Of a DNA stretch of 64,000 nucleotides, positions 1-9,187 are shown in pieces. Source of the DNA: a bacterium (lineage in GTDB: Bacteria; UBA8248; JACPRG01; G963555815); NCBI GenBank assembly GCA_965261595.1, contig CBDHDG010000006.1:1672799-1736798 (forward strand), read 5' to 3'. Position numbers and translations under genes: made by a program. Position 1 is the stretch's first letter; every line of letters begins with the position of its first letter. The notes beneath the pieces are model-generated. The model made no database searches and had not been told where the DNA came from. It was given only the letters and a program-made list of their open reading frames with translations.

Positions 1-9
1 GGGGCGGAG

Positions 10-852
10 TTGGGACTGGATCAGCGGCTGATGATGCCCCAGTTGACATTCGAGGCATTGCGGGATTCCCTTCCCCGGGCCGCCTTCGTGGACGCCTCTT
101 CCCTGCTGCTGAGAATGCGGGCCATCAAGTCGCCTCGCGAGATCGAGCGAATCAAGGAGACGGCCCGGATTTTCAGCGGCGCCATCGAGGCCTGTTTCCG
201 GTCCCTGGAGGAGGGGATGACCGAGGAGGATGTGAGCCGGCGCCTCGTCCACCTCATCGTCGACGGCGGGGCCTTTCGTCCACCCCTGTACCAGAACATC
301 GTCATCACCTCGGGCGGGGACTGGGGGCTTAAATTTCTCCCCCCGACGAAGAAACCCCTCCGCCGCGGCGACCTGATCTTCATGGACGCCGGCTGTGTCT
401 ATCGGGGCTACTGGAATGAGTACAACCGGATGGGCGTCGTGGGAGCGCCCGACGGCCGGGCGCTGGAGAACTACCGGATCGTGAGGGAGGTCGTGGATCG
501 CACCGTCGCGGCGATGAAGCCCGGCGTGCGGGTGTCCGAGGTCCTGAAGGAGACCGTCGCCGCCTACCGCGATCTGGGTGTTCCGGACGAAAAGCGCCCC
601 GTCTACGAACGGGCGCCTTACGCCCACATCGGTCACGGCGTGGGTCTGAGCGGGAGCGAGCGGCCCTTCCTCCAGATGGATAACGACGACCCCCTGGAGG
701 TGGGGATGTATTTCTCAGTGGAGGCCTATCTCACGGATCGGGAGAAGTTCGGCGACGAGCAAACCGTGATCATCACCGAAGGCGGACCCGATGTCATTTC
801 CACGGCCTCGCGCGAGCTTTACGTCATCAAGACCCGGGGGGAGGGGGATTAA
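10..852 (+). CDS. M24 family metallopeptidase (Xaa-Pro aminopeptidase/creatinase-like), 5'-partial at window edge
   Basis: ORF translation shows the M24 pita-bread signature region (YAHIGHGVGLSGSERP, EAY...) and an ORF open to the window start. Confidence 0.7.
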   Translation: MGLDQRLMMPQLTFEALRDSLPRAAFVDASSLLLRMRAIKSPREIERIKETARIFSGAIEACFRSLEEGMTEEDVSRRLVHLIVDGGAFRPPLYQNIVITSGGDWGLKFLPPTKKPLRRGDLIFMDAGCVYRGYWNEYNRMGVVGAPDGRALENYRIVREVVDRTVAAMKPGVRVSEVLKETVAAYRDLGVPDEKRPVYERAPYAHIGHGVGLSGSERPFLQMDNDDPLEVGMYFSVEAYLTDREKFGDEQTVIITEGGPDVISTASRELYVIKTRGEGD

Positions 853-1039
853 CGCGGAGGCTGAGGGTCAACCGACCCGCGCAACACCGCTTTCGCGATT
901 GGGTGGACCCTCCATTGGAATTCGACCCCGCCGCCGCCCCTTGGAACGAACGGTTGATGAGAATTTTGCGTTGGACGGGCGGGCGGCATGGTTTGTGTCC
1001 GCTATCCGCGGGACTTAGCCTGATCGGGATGTCGGCGCA

Positions 1040-2032
1040 ATGAGCCAGATTCGATTCCTCTCCGGCCGGGAGGTTGAAGAGCTCTTGAGGTGGGAGGAGA
1101 CGATCCCCATCCAGGGGGAGGCGTTCGCGCTTTTGTCCTCGAACCGGATCGACATGCCCGTCAAGACGCTTTTGCTCACAGAGCGGCCGAAGGCCCACAT
1201 GCTTTTCATGCCGGCCGTTCTGGAGAATGCGGGAGGGTTCGGGATGAAGTTCACGGGCCGCTTTCCGGAAAACTTGAAAAAGGGCCTCCCCGCCCGGATG
1301 TCGGCGCTTCTCCTGATGGACGGGGAGACCGGTCAGCCGAGGGCATTGTTGGAAGGGGCGTATCTGACGGACCATCGGACCGGGGCTTGCGCCGGTTTGT
1401 CCACCCAACTCCTGGCCCGGGAAGATTCCAGCGTCGTGACGGTCTTCGGCGCGGGCGATACGGCGGGGCCTTGCCTGGAGGCGGTGTGCCACGTCCGGGA
1501 CATCGAAAAGGTGTGGGTGGTCGGCCGGTCGGAATTGCGCGCGAAACGATTTGTCGAGGACATGAAGGCCCTGGGGGGGCGAATCCCGCGAGATATCGAG
1601 TTGACGAAGGACAGGAACAGGGCCGTCCGGGAGGCCGACATCGTTGTGGCGGCGACCAACGCAAAGGCGCCGGTCTTCGATGGCCGCGACCTCCGGCCCG
1701 GAACGCACATCAACTCCGTCGGCAACGTAAACGGACGAGAGCTGGACAGCGAAACGGTCCGCCGGGCCCGCGTCCTGATGGACAGCCGCGAAGGATGCCT
1801 TGCCTATGCCCGGGATATTTATCTCCCGATCAAGGAAGGGGTCGTCGTGGAGGGGCATTTGCGGGAAGAGATCGGACAAGTCGTCCTCGGGGAGCGCCCG
1901 GGACGTCGGGACCCGGAAGAAATCACCCTGTTCAAGAGCCTGGGAGTCGCCATCCAGGATATCGTCACGGGTTTTCATGTTTTGAAGGAGGCGGAACGGT
2001 TGGACAGGGGAAGCCTCCTGGACTGGGGCTGA
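1040..2032 (+). CDS. ornithine cyclodeaminase / mu-crystallin family protein
   Basis: 330 aa with a Rossmann GAGDTA motif and a family-typical length and layout (VTVFGAGDTA...ADIVVAATNA). Confidence 0.65.
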   Translation: MSQIRFLSGREVEELLRWEETIPIQGEAFALLSSNRIDMPVKTLLLTERPKAHMLFMPAVLENAGGFGMKFTGRFPENLKKGLPARMSALLLMDGETGQPRALLEGAYLTDHRTGACAGLSTQLLAREDSSVVTVFGAGDTAGPCLEAVCHVRDIEKVWVVGRSELRAKRFVEDMKALGGRIPRDIELTKDRNRAVREADIVVAATNAKAPVFDGRDLRPGTHINSVGNVNGRELDSETVRRARVLMDSREGCLAYARDIYLPIKEGVVVEGHLREEIGQVVLGERPGRRDPEEITLFKSLGVAIQDIVTGFHVLKEAERLDRGSLLDWG

Positions 2033-2393
2033 AAGCCGCCGCCGGAAGGAATACCCGCCCCGGAAGAGCGGACATCGGAAGCGCCGTCCGCGATGTCCGC
2101 CGCGATAGTCGGCCTCTTTTCATGTTTCCCCCTTCGGCATATTCTCTCCCGTCCTTCCTTGAATCCGGTTGCGGACCTCTTGGGCCTTGGGCTAACATTG
2201 ACCCAGTTGATCTTCTTTTCCTGAGAATGACCGTTCGGAGTCTCGGTGGCCGGCTGGGCGGGACGTGCGGTGCGTCCGCGTCCGGCGGGGTTGCGCGAAT
2301 GGCGGCGGTGGCGCCAGGGGAAATCCCAGGTTTCGAAGGCGCACTTCAAGACCCCGGGCCTGTTGTCCGGCTCACACTGGAATGGACGGCACG

Positions 2394-3560
2394 ATGACAC
2401 TGGAACGCGCGAACAGACTGAAACGGCTTCCGCCCTACCTTTTCGCCGAGCTGGATCGGATGAAGACCGAGGCCGGGAAGACAGGGTTGGATATCATCAG
2501 CTTCGGGATCGGGGACCCCGATCTGCCCACCCCCCCCCACATCATCGAGGCGCTGGAAGCGGGGGGCAGGAACCCGGCGAACCACCAGTATCCTTCTTAT
2601 GAAGGGATGCCGTCGTTCCGTCAGGCGGTGGCGGACTGGTACAAGGGGCGCTTCGACGTGGACCTGGACCCGGAGCGTGAAGTCCTATCCCTCATCGGGT
2701 CGAAGGAAGGCCTCGCCCACATCTCGTTGGCGTTCATCAATCCGGGCGATGTCGCGGTGATTCCGGACCCCGCCTATCCGGTGTACGAGGCCGGGGCCGT
2801 TTTCGCGGGCGGCGAAGTGGTCGCGATGCCGCTCCTCCCGGAGAATGATTTCCTGCCGGATCTGGAAGACCTCAAGCGCGGCGTCCTGAAAAGGACCCGG
2901 CTGCTGTTTCTGAACTATCCCAACAACCCCACGGCCGCTGTGGCGACCGAAGGCTTTTTCGCCCAGGCCGTGGAGTTCGCCCGCGAGCACGATGTCGTCC
3001 TGGTCTACGACGCGGCCTACTCGGAGATGTATTTCGACGGCGTGAAGACGCCCAGCATCCTGCAGACCCCCGGCGCCAAGGACGTGGCCGTGGAGTTTCA
3101 CAGCGTCTCGAAGACGTACAACATGACGGGATGGCGGATCGGGTTCGTCGTGGGCAACGCGGACGTTCTCTCCGGTCTCGGCGCGGTGAAGACCAATGTG
3201 GATTCCGGGGCCTTCCAGGCCGTGCAGGAGGCCGCCGTCGCCGCGTTGGCGGGCGATCAGTCGTGTGTCGATGAGATGCGGTCGGTCTATGAGCGCAGGC
3301 GGGACGTCATGGTCGAGGGGCTGCGCGGATTGGGGCTGGAGCCCAACCAGCCGTCCGCGACTTTCTATGTATGGGTTCCCGTCCCGGAGAAGTACACCTC
3401 GATGGAGTTCACCGCCCACCTGTTGCGGGAGACCGGCGTGGTTGTGACCCCGGGGAACGGTTTCGGCGAAAACGGCGAGGGTTTCTTCCGCCTGGCCCTG
3501 ACGCAAAGCGAGGAGCGCATCCGGGAAGGGTTGGAGCGAATCCGCAAAGCGGGATTTTGA
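2394..3560 (+). CDS. dapL: class I aminotransferase, LL-diaminopimelate aminotransferase (DapL)-like
   Basis: N-terminal LPPYLFAELDR...GIGDPDLPTP and PLP-lysine region SVSKTYNMTGWRIG. Start chosen at the ATG at 2394 (MTLERANR) rather than the upstream Arg-rich extension. Confidence 0.6.
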   Translation: MTLERANRLKRLPPYLFAELDRMKTEAGKTGLDIISFGIGDPDLPTPPHIIEALEAGGRNPANHQYPSYEGMPSFRQAVADWYKGRFDVDLDPEREVLSLIGSKEGLAHISLAFINPGDVAVIPDPAYPVYEAGAVFAGGEVVAMPLLPENDFLPDLEDLKRGVLKRTRLLFLNYPNNPTAAVATEGFFAQAVEFAREHDVVLVYDAAYSEMYFDGVKTPSILQTPGAKDVAVEFHSVSKTYNMTGWRIGFVVGNADVLSGLGAVKTNVDSGAFQAVQEAAVAALAGDQSCVDEMRSVYERRRDVMVEGLRGLGLEPNQPSATFYVWVPVPEKYTSMEFTAHLLRETGVVVTPGNGFGENGEGFFRLALTQSEERIREGLERIRKAGF

Positions 3561-3625
3561 CCGAGGGGTTCCGGCCCGTTCAGAGACCGGGGGGAAGCGG
3601 ATCGGCCCGGCCATCGAGAGAGAAG

Positions 3626-4111
3626 GTGGAGGCGTTCATCGGCGTAGGCTCCAATCTGAATCACCCCAAAGAGCGATGCGCCGAGGCGATGACCCGCGTT
3701 GGAAATGCGGAGGGCGTCCAGGTCATCGGGCGCTCCCGGTGGTATGCGACCGCTCCGGTGGGGCCGGTGGACCAGCAGGATTTCGTCAACGGCGTTCTCC
3801 GCGCGGAGACCCGTCTCGACCCGGCGGACCTGCTTGGGACATTGAAGGCGATTGAGGCCGACATGGGCCGGCGCGATGGTTTGCGGTGGGGACCTCGCGT
3901 GATCGACCTGGACCTGCTGCTGTTCGGCGACTGGGTGAGCGCGGGGCCGAATTTGACGATTCCCCACCCGGAAATCGGCGAGCGCCGGTTTGTCCTCGCC
4001 CCCCTCTGCGACCTTGCCCCGGACGGGATCCATCCGATCTCGCGGAAGACGTTCCGTCAGATGCTGGAGGACCTGGGGGAAGGACAGCGGGTGGTTCCGA
4101 TCCCCGAGTAA
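3626..4111 (+). CDS. folK: 2-amino-4-hydroxy-6-hydroxymethyldihydropteridine pyrophosphokinase (HPPK)
   Basis: VEAFIGVGSNL...RWGPRVIDLDLLLFGD HPPK motifs. In-frame GTG start at 3626 preserves the conserved N-terminus. Confidence 0.8.
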   Translation: MEAFIGVGSNLNHPKERCAEAMTRVGNAEGVQVIGRSRWYATAPVGPVDQQDFVNGVLRAETRLDPADLLGTLKAIEADMGRRDGLRWGPRVIDLDLLLFGDWVSAGPNLTIPHPEIGERRFVLAPLCDLAPDGIHPISRKTFRQMLEDLGEGQRVVPIPE

Positions 4112-4125
4112 GGGCCGCGCATTGT

Positions 4126-4758
4126 ATGGATCAGGCGCGCTATATCGCGATCGAAGGCCCCATCGGGGTGGGAAAGACGAGTCTGGCGGAGCGCCTCGCC
4201 GAGGTGATTGGCGCGTCGGTCCTCCGCGAAGTCACCGAAGAGAACCCCTTTCTGGCGAACTTCTACGCCGACGCCGACCGGCACGCCTTTCAGACGCAGC
4301 TCTTTTTCCTCCTTAACCGGTACCGGCAGCAGCTTGATCTGACCCAACTGGATCTGTTTCAGAGCGGCATCGTGAGCGATTACATCTTCGCGAAAGACCG
4401 AATCTTCGCCTGCGTGAACCTGGATCCGGACGAAATTGTCCTCTATGAGGAGATATACTCCCTGCTGCGGACCCGGATCCCTTCGCCGGATCTCGTGGTT
4501 TTCCTTCAGGCCGGCACGGACGTCCTCATCGATCGCATCCGAAACCGGCGGCGCGATTTCGAGCGGTCCATCAAGCCCGAATACCTGGAGCGCATCAACG
4601 AGGCTTATAATCGCTACTTCTTCCGCTATTCCGAAACCCCTCTCCTGATCGTGAACACCGATGCCATGGATTTCGTTCACCGGGAAGAGGATTTCGACCA
4701 CTTGGTCCGAGAGATCGTCAATCTGAAGCAGGGAACCCACATTTACGTGCCCCGTTAG
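4126..4758 (+). CDS. deoxynucleoside kinase family protein
   Basis: P-loop IAIEGPIGVGKTSLAERL plus dNK-family ERS motif region (RIRNRRRDFERSI). ATG at 4126. Confidence 0.75.
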   Translation: MDQARYIAIEGPIGVGKTSLAERLAEVIGASVLREVTEENPFLANFYADADRHAFQTQLFFLLNRYRQQLDLTQLDLFQSGIVSDYIFAKDRIFACVNLDPDEIVLYEEIYSLLRTRIPSPDLVVFLQAGTDVLIDRIRNRRRDFERSIKPEYLERINEAYNRYFFRYSETPLLIVNTDAMDFVHREEDFDHLVREIVNLKQGTHIYVPR

Positions 4759-4819
4759 GGAGCCCGGGAGGCCCGGGGGGCCGCGGGGGCCAAGCGGCGC
4801 GGCAGCCTCGGGAGTTGAA

Positions 4820-5659
4820 ATGCAGGTCCTGACCTCGGCGGGCGCCATGAATGAGAAAGCGCGCGGCTTGCGCGCGGAGGGAAAGCGCCTCGGGCTTGTC
4901 CCCACGATGGGGATGTTCCACGAGGGCCACCTGGGTCTCATGCGGCGCGCGCGGAAAGAGAACGACGTCCTTACGATCTCCCTCTTTGTCAACCCGGCCC
5001 AATTCGGTCCCGGGGAAGACTTCGAATCCTATCCCAGGAATCAGGAGGCGGACCTCCGGAAGGCGGAGGACGAGGGGGTGGATTTGGTGTTCATGCCGGG
5101 CGTCGAGGAAATCTATCCCCCGGGCGACAGGACCTTCATCGAGGTCGAGGGGCTCTCGGACGTTCTCTGCGGAGAGAGGCGGCCCGGACACTTTCTGGGC
5201 GTGACGACGGTCGTGGCCAAGCTCTTCGCCCTCTGTCTTCCCCACCGGGCGTATTTCGGAAAGAAAGACTTCCAGCAGTGGGTCATCATCCGGCGGATGG
5301 TTTCCGACTTGCGGATGGATGTCGAGGTCGTCGGGTGTCCAACCGCGCGGGAGCGAAACGGTCTCGCCCTTTCATCCCGAAATATCTATCTCGATGATGA
5401 AGATCGAGCGAGCGCGGTCGGCCTGCGGCGCGCCCTGCTGGCCGTCTCGGAAGGCTTTCGAGGGGGGAGCGAGGATGTGCCCGCTTTGGTGGAGGTCGCT
5501 TCAAAAGTCCTGGAAGATCACGGCCTCCGCCGGGATTATCTGGTCATCGTCCATCCTGAGACGCTTGTCGGTTTGGACAGGGTTACGGGTCCGGCCGTGG
5601 TCTTGGGCGCGGTTTGGTGCGGGAAGGCCCGGTTGATCGATAACCTGGAGCTGGACTGA
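4820..5659 (+). CDS. panC: pantoate--beta-alanine ligase
   Basis: LGLVPTMGMFHEGHLGLMRRA HIGH-type motif and full-length PanC. Confidence 0.85.
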   Translation: MQVLTSAGAMNEKARGLRAEGKRLGLVPTMGMFHEGHLGLMRRARKENDVLTISLFVNPAQFGPGEDFESYPRNQEADLRKAEDEGVDLVFMPGVEEIYPPGDRTFIEVEGLSDVLCGERRPGHFLGVTTVVAKLFALCLPHRAYFGKKDFQQWVIIRRMVSDLRMDVEVVGCPTARERNGLALSSRNIYLDDEDRASAVGLRRALLAVSEGFRGGSEDVPALVEVASKVLEDHGLRRDYLVIVHPETLVGLDRVTGPAVVLGAVWCGKARLIDNLELD

Positions 5660-5691
5660 GTCGGAGCGCGTCCGTGACGCCCCCCATTGTC

Positions 5692-5894
5692 ATTCCCGCG
5701 TAGGCGGGAATCCATCAGTGTTTCCGATCGGTCCCAATCTTTCCGCCCGCCGGCTGCGCCGAAGGCCCTTCCTCCCCCCTCTTGTATATTTCTCAACTCA
5801 TTGATCACGTGGGCGGGATGATGGACCGGCAACTCAGAACTCCGGATTCCCGCGTGCGCGGGATTGACGGCTCGGGGACAGGCCGCGCGGGAAT
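5692..5894. promoter_or_regulatory. cluster of ATTCCCGCG / CGCGGGAAT palindromic motifs (candidate operator sites) upstream of the TPR-ExbBD-TonB operon
   Basis: Perfect hairpin ATTCCCGC-GTAG-GCGGGAAT at 5692-5711, a near copy at 5846-5865 and a third CGCGGGAAT at 5886-5894, in the 415-bp intergenic region before the gene starting at 6075. Confidence 0.25.
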
Positions 5895-6074
5895 ATTGAC
5901 ATGTCGGAATGAATGTAAATATTCTGATGGTTAAATGCATTTCATCCTTTCCGAAAAAGGGGGGGAGACCGGCGATTGGCTTTCCGCTAAGCGGGACTTG
6001 ACTGAAACCGGACCGCTGTGATGTCGGCGGCCTGGGAGAATCAAGCCGAGACGCGCTGAATTTTCAGGGATATA

Positions 6075-8588
6075 TTGAAGAATATGAGATTCAAACCCAT
6101 ATCGATCGCGGTGTCCATCGTGGTCGCCGTTATGGCGGTTCAAAGGGTTCCGGCCGCGGCGAAGATCGAAGATTACGCCTTCGGCCTTCGCCTCCTGGAA
6201 GACGGTCACTTGGACGCCGCCATCCTGGCCTTCGAGTCTTATCTGGAGAACAACCCGAAGGGCGCCCGGCGGGCGGAAGCCAGGTTTTTTTTGGCCGAGA
6301 CCCGGCATGAGAAAGGGGTCATCGCCGAGGCCCTGAGAGAATACCGGACCTTCCTGGCCGAGAATCCCGAGCACCCCTTCCGGTCCACGGCGCACTTCCG
6401 GATTGGCAAAATCGAGTTGGGCAACGGCCGTCTCAAGGCTGCGGCCGGCCAGTTCTCCAAAGTCCGCGACGGACCGCTGATCGACCAGGCGTTGTATCAC
6501 CTGGGACACATCCAATTTCGTCTTGAGGATTGGGCCGCCGCAATCCGCGCGTTCTCGGACCTGCTCGGCCGATTTCCCTCCAGCCCCTTCAGCGCCGGCG
6601 TTCGGTATGTTCTCGGGATCGCCCACTACAAAGGTGGGCAGGACACCCAGGCCCTGAAAAACCTTCAGGCCTACCTGAAGTCGCCGCGGCCCGGAAAAGT
6701 CGAGTCTTTGTGGGCGCATGCGGTCGCCGGGATGATTCGCAAGCGGCAAGGGAACTGTGATCCCGCGATCCGCCACTTCGAGGTGGTGCTCCAGGCGGAT
6801 CCTCGATTTCCCCCCAGGGGCAGCGCCGCCTGGGGGCTGGCCGAATGTCTTTATGAGAAAAAGGATTATCATTCCGCGGAAAAGAAATATGCGGTCTACC
6901 TGGAAACCTATGCCAAATCCCCCCAGATTACGCTGGCCCGGATTCGCGCCGGTCACAGTCACTTCATCGCCGGACGGTATCAGGATGCGCTCGGATATTT
7001 TCGGAAGCTCGCCAAGAAAAATGTCCCGCCCCAATATCGGCAATGGGTCCTGTACTGGACCGCCAGATCCCTGGACCTGTCGGGCGACCCGGACGCCGCT
7101 TTGCGGGGCTACGAAGAGCTCATCCGGTCCTTTCCGGACGGATCGGCGACCTATGACGCCGCGGCCAGGGCGGCGGCCATTCGGTTACGCCGGAAGGAGT
7201 ATGAACGGGCCGTCGAGATCCTCTCCGTGCTGAAGAGCGCCCCGGACGGCCTCCAGGCCGCTTGGGCCGTTCGAATGACGGGGGAGGCGCAGTTTGCGCT
7301 CGGCCGCTTTGGGGAGGCCTACGAGTCTTTTCGGGAGGTCCTCCCCAAGGTTCAGGATAAAGCCATCCGGCGGGAGATGATTCGGAAGCTTGGCCTGTCC
7401 GCGTTCCGGATCAAGAAAGACCGGGCGGCTCTTGAGCACCTCGGCGGCTGGTTGCGGGGGGAGGAGAAAGGCCGCCCGGATCAGAAGCGGGAGCCCTGGC
7501 CGACCCGCCGGTATGAGGTCCTCAAGGTCTTGGCCGCGGTCCAGACCCGGTTGGGTCTGTTGCGGGAAGTGGCCGATACGTGGACCCGGTTGGAGGCCGA
7601 GGCCGTTCGTGTGGACGAAGGCGGAACGGCCGACGGCCTGACAGAATTTTCCGCGAATCGCGGGTTTGTCCTGTTTCGGTTGAAGGAGTATGCGTCTGCC
7701 GAGCGGGAATTTCGGAATTGGCTGACCCGCTATCCGCGGGACAAGCGGCGTCCGCTAATCCTGCTTCATCTCGGCCTGGCCGAGATCCGGACCGAAAAAT
7801 TCGCCGATGCCGTTTCGCACCTGGATGCCTTCCTGAAAGAAAACCCGTCCCACCCCCGCGTCCGCGATGCCTTGTACGCTTCCGCCCTGGGCGCGATGCG
7901 CATGAAGGATTATGCCTCCTCGGCCCGGCGGCTGGCGAACTGGCTGGCGGGTGCGGGGGAGGGTGGGGACGCCGGGCGGCAGAAGGAGGCTTGGTTTCTG
8001 CTCGCCGCCGCCCGGTTCGAGTTGGCGGAGTGGAAATTGGCGGCGGCCGCCTATCACCGAATCCTGAAGGGCTATCCGAAGGAGAAGCGAAGGGAGGCGA
8101 TCCTCCACAAATTGGGAGTGGCCTACGACCGGATGGCCGAAGTGGACGGGTTGGACGCGGTGCTCGGTTGGGTGAGCGTGCATGCGCCGGAATTCAGGAA
8201 GGGGAAGCTTTTTCTTCGGCTGGGAAAGGACCGGCTCCGCCGGCGGCAATGGAAGCGGGCCGCTGCGTATCTCCGGGTGGCCGCACAGTCGGAAGACCCC
8301 ATTGTGAGAGCGGAAGGTCTTTTCCGCCTGGCGAGCGCGAATGTGCAAGGAGGGAACCAGCGGGAAGCGCTTCAGGCCATCGAGAAAATCCCGAGGGCGG
8401 TTGAGGAATCCGCGGATTGGAGGGGGGACGCCGAGTACCTTCGCGGGGTGGTCTATGAGGCCGAGAGACAGTGGGAGAAGGCGGTGAAGGCGTATCGCGT
8501 GGCCGCCCGTCAAACGTCCAGTCCATCCGTCGCCCGTGCGGCCCTGGACCGAATCGGCAGGATAGAGTCCGCCAAATGGAAAAATTGA
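6075..8588 (+). CDS. TPR-repeat protein with N-terminal signal peptide
   Basis: 837 aa with a signal-like N-terminus (MKNMRFKPISIAVSIVVAVMAVQRVPAAA) and repeated TPR-like A/Y/L helical motifs throughout. Confidence 0.75.
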   Translation: MKNMRFKPISIAVSIVVAVMAVQRVPAAAKIEDYAFGLRLLEDGHLDAAILAFESYLENNPKGARRAEARFFLAETRHEKGVIAEALREYRTFLAENPEHPFRSTAHFRIGKIELGNGRLKAAAGQFSKVRDGPLIDQALYHLGHIQFRLEDWAAAIRAFSDLLGRFPSSPFSAGVRYVLGIAHYKGGQDTQALKNLQAYLKSPRPGKVESLWAHAVAGMIRKRQGNCDPAIRHFEVVLQADPRFPPRGSAAWGLAECLYEKKDYHSAEKKYAVYLETYAKSPQITLARIRAGHSHFIAGRYQDALGYFRKLAKKNVPPQYRQWVLYWTARSLDLSGDPDAALRGYEELIRSFPDGSATYDAAARAAAIRLRRKEYERAVEILSVLKSAPDGLQAAWAVRMTGEAQFALGRFGEAYESFREVLPKVQDKAIRREMIRKLGLSAFRIKKDRAALEHLGGWLRGEEKGRPDQKREPWPTRRYEVLKVLAAVQTRLGLLREVADTWTRLEAEAVRVDEGGTADGLTEFSANRGFVLFRLKEYASAEREFRNWLTRYPRDKRRPLILLHLGLAEIRTEKFADAVSHLDAFLKENPSHPRVRDALYASALGAMRMKDYASSARRLANWLAGAGEGGDAGRQKEAWFLLAAARFELAEWKLAAAAYHRILKGYPKEKRREAILHKLGVAYDRMAEVDGLDAVLGWVSVHAPEFRKGKLFLRLGKDRLRRRQWKRAAAYLRVAAQSEDPIVRAEGLFRLASANVQGGNQREALQAIEKIPRAVEESADWRGDAEYLRGVVYEAERQWEKAVKAYRVAARQTSSPSVARAALDRIGRIESAKWKN

Positions 8589-9187
8589 CCCCGAGCGTTT
8601 TTGGGGGCCGGCCGTGGGCGGCCCTGTTCACGGTCTCCCTCATCCTGGGGGTGTCTTCGGGAACCGGGTTCTCGCAAGAGGGGAAGATCCAGCTCGATAT
8701 CCCCGAGGTCGTCGTTATCGGTCTGGGCGTCCCGCTGATACGCACCCGGCAGCTCATCCGCCCCGTGCCGCGCAACCTCACACCCCGCGGCGTGGCCGTT
8801 TCGCCCGATGCCGGGGAGATGCGGCGTCCGATGGGGCCGATCTCATTTGATCCCGGTCCGGCGTTTGTCCCGCGCCTCGCGCGTCCGGCTGATTGTTACG
8901 GAAACTCATTTTCGAGCGGGTTGCTCATCGAGCGTGAGGGAGCGCCGGCCCGCTTTCGGATCGGCTATCTGGCATTCCTGGAGAACCGGCTTCCCCGGGC
9001 GGAGGAACACTTTCGGGCCGGTCTCAAGGAGAACCCCGATCCCTTCTCGGTCTCCTTTCTCGGGTACTGGCTTGGCGAGGTGCTTCTTCGCCGCGGACAG
9101 CGGGCGGAGGCCCGGCGGGCGTGGGAGCGGGTCGCGGGCGATCCCGCGGGGTTCTACGCGGGAGCGGCCGCCTACCGCTCGGATTGA
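8576..9187 (+). CDS. hypothetical secreted protein (signal peptide, C-terminal TPR-like region)
   Basis: ATG at 8576 overlaps the upstream stop. Hydrophobic N-terminus WAALFTVSLILGVSSG. Stop overlaps the next start (TGATG at 9185-9189). Confidence 0.45.
   Translation: MEKLTPSVFGGRPWAALFTVSLILGVSSGTGFSQEGKIQLDIPEVVVIGLGVPLIRTRQLIRPVPRNLTPRGVAVSPDAGEMRRPMGPISFDPGPAFVPRLARPADCYGNSFSSGLLIEREGAPARFRIGYLAFLENRLPRAEEHFRAGLKENPDPFSVSFLGYWLGEVLLRRGQRAEARRAWERVAGDPAGFYAGAAAYRSD

Noticed and set aside
3365-4033. 222-aa minus-strand ORF overlapping folK
   Set aside because: It lies antisense to a confidently identified HPPK gene. It has no family resemblance, and its composition is an artefact of GC bias.
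5900-5960. AT-rich segment GAATGAATGTAAATATTCTGATGG upstream of the Ton operon as a possible Fur box
   Set aside because: It matches the 19-bp Fur consensus GATAATGATAATCATTATC poorly. It is kept only as generic AT-rich promoter DNA.
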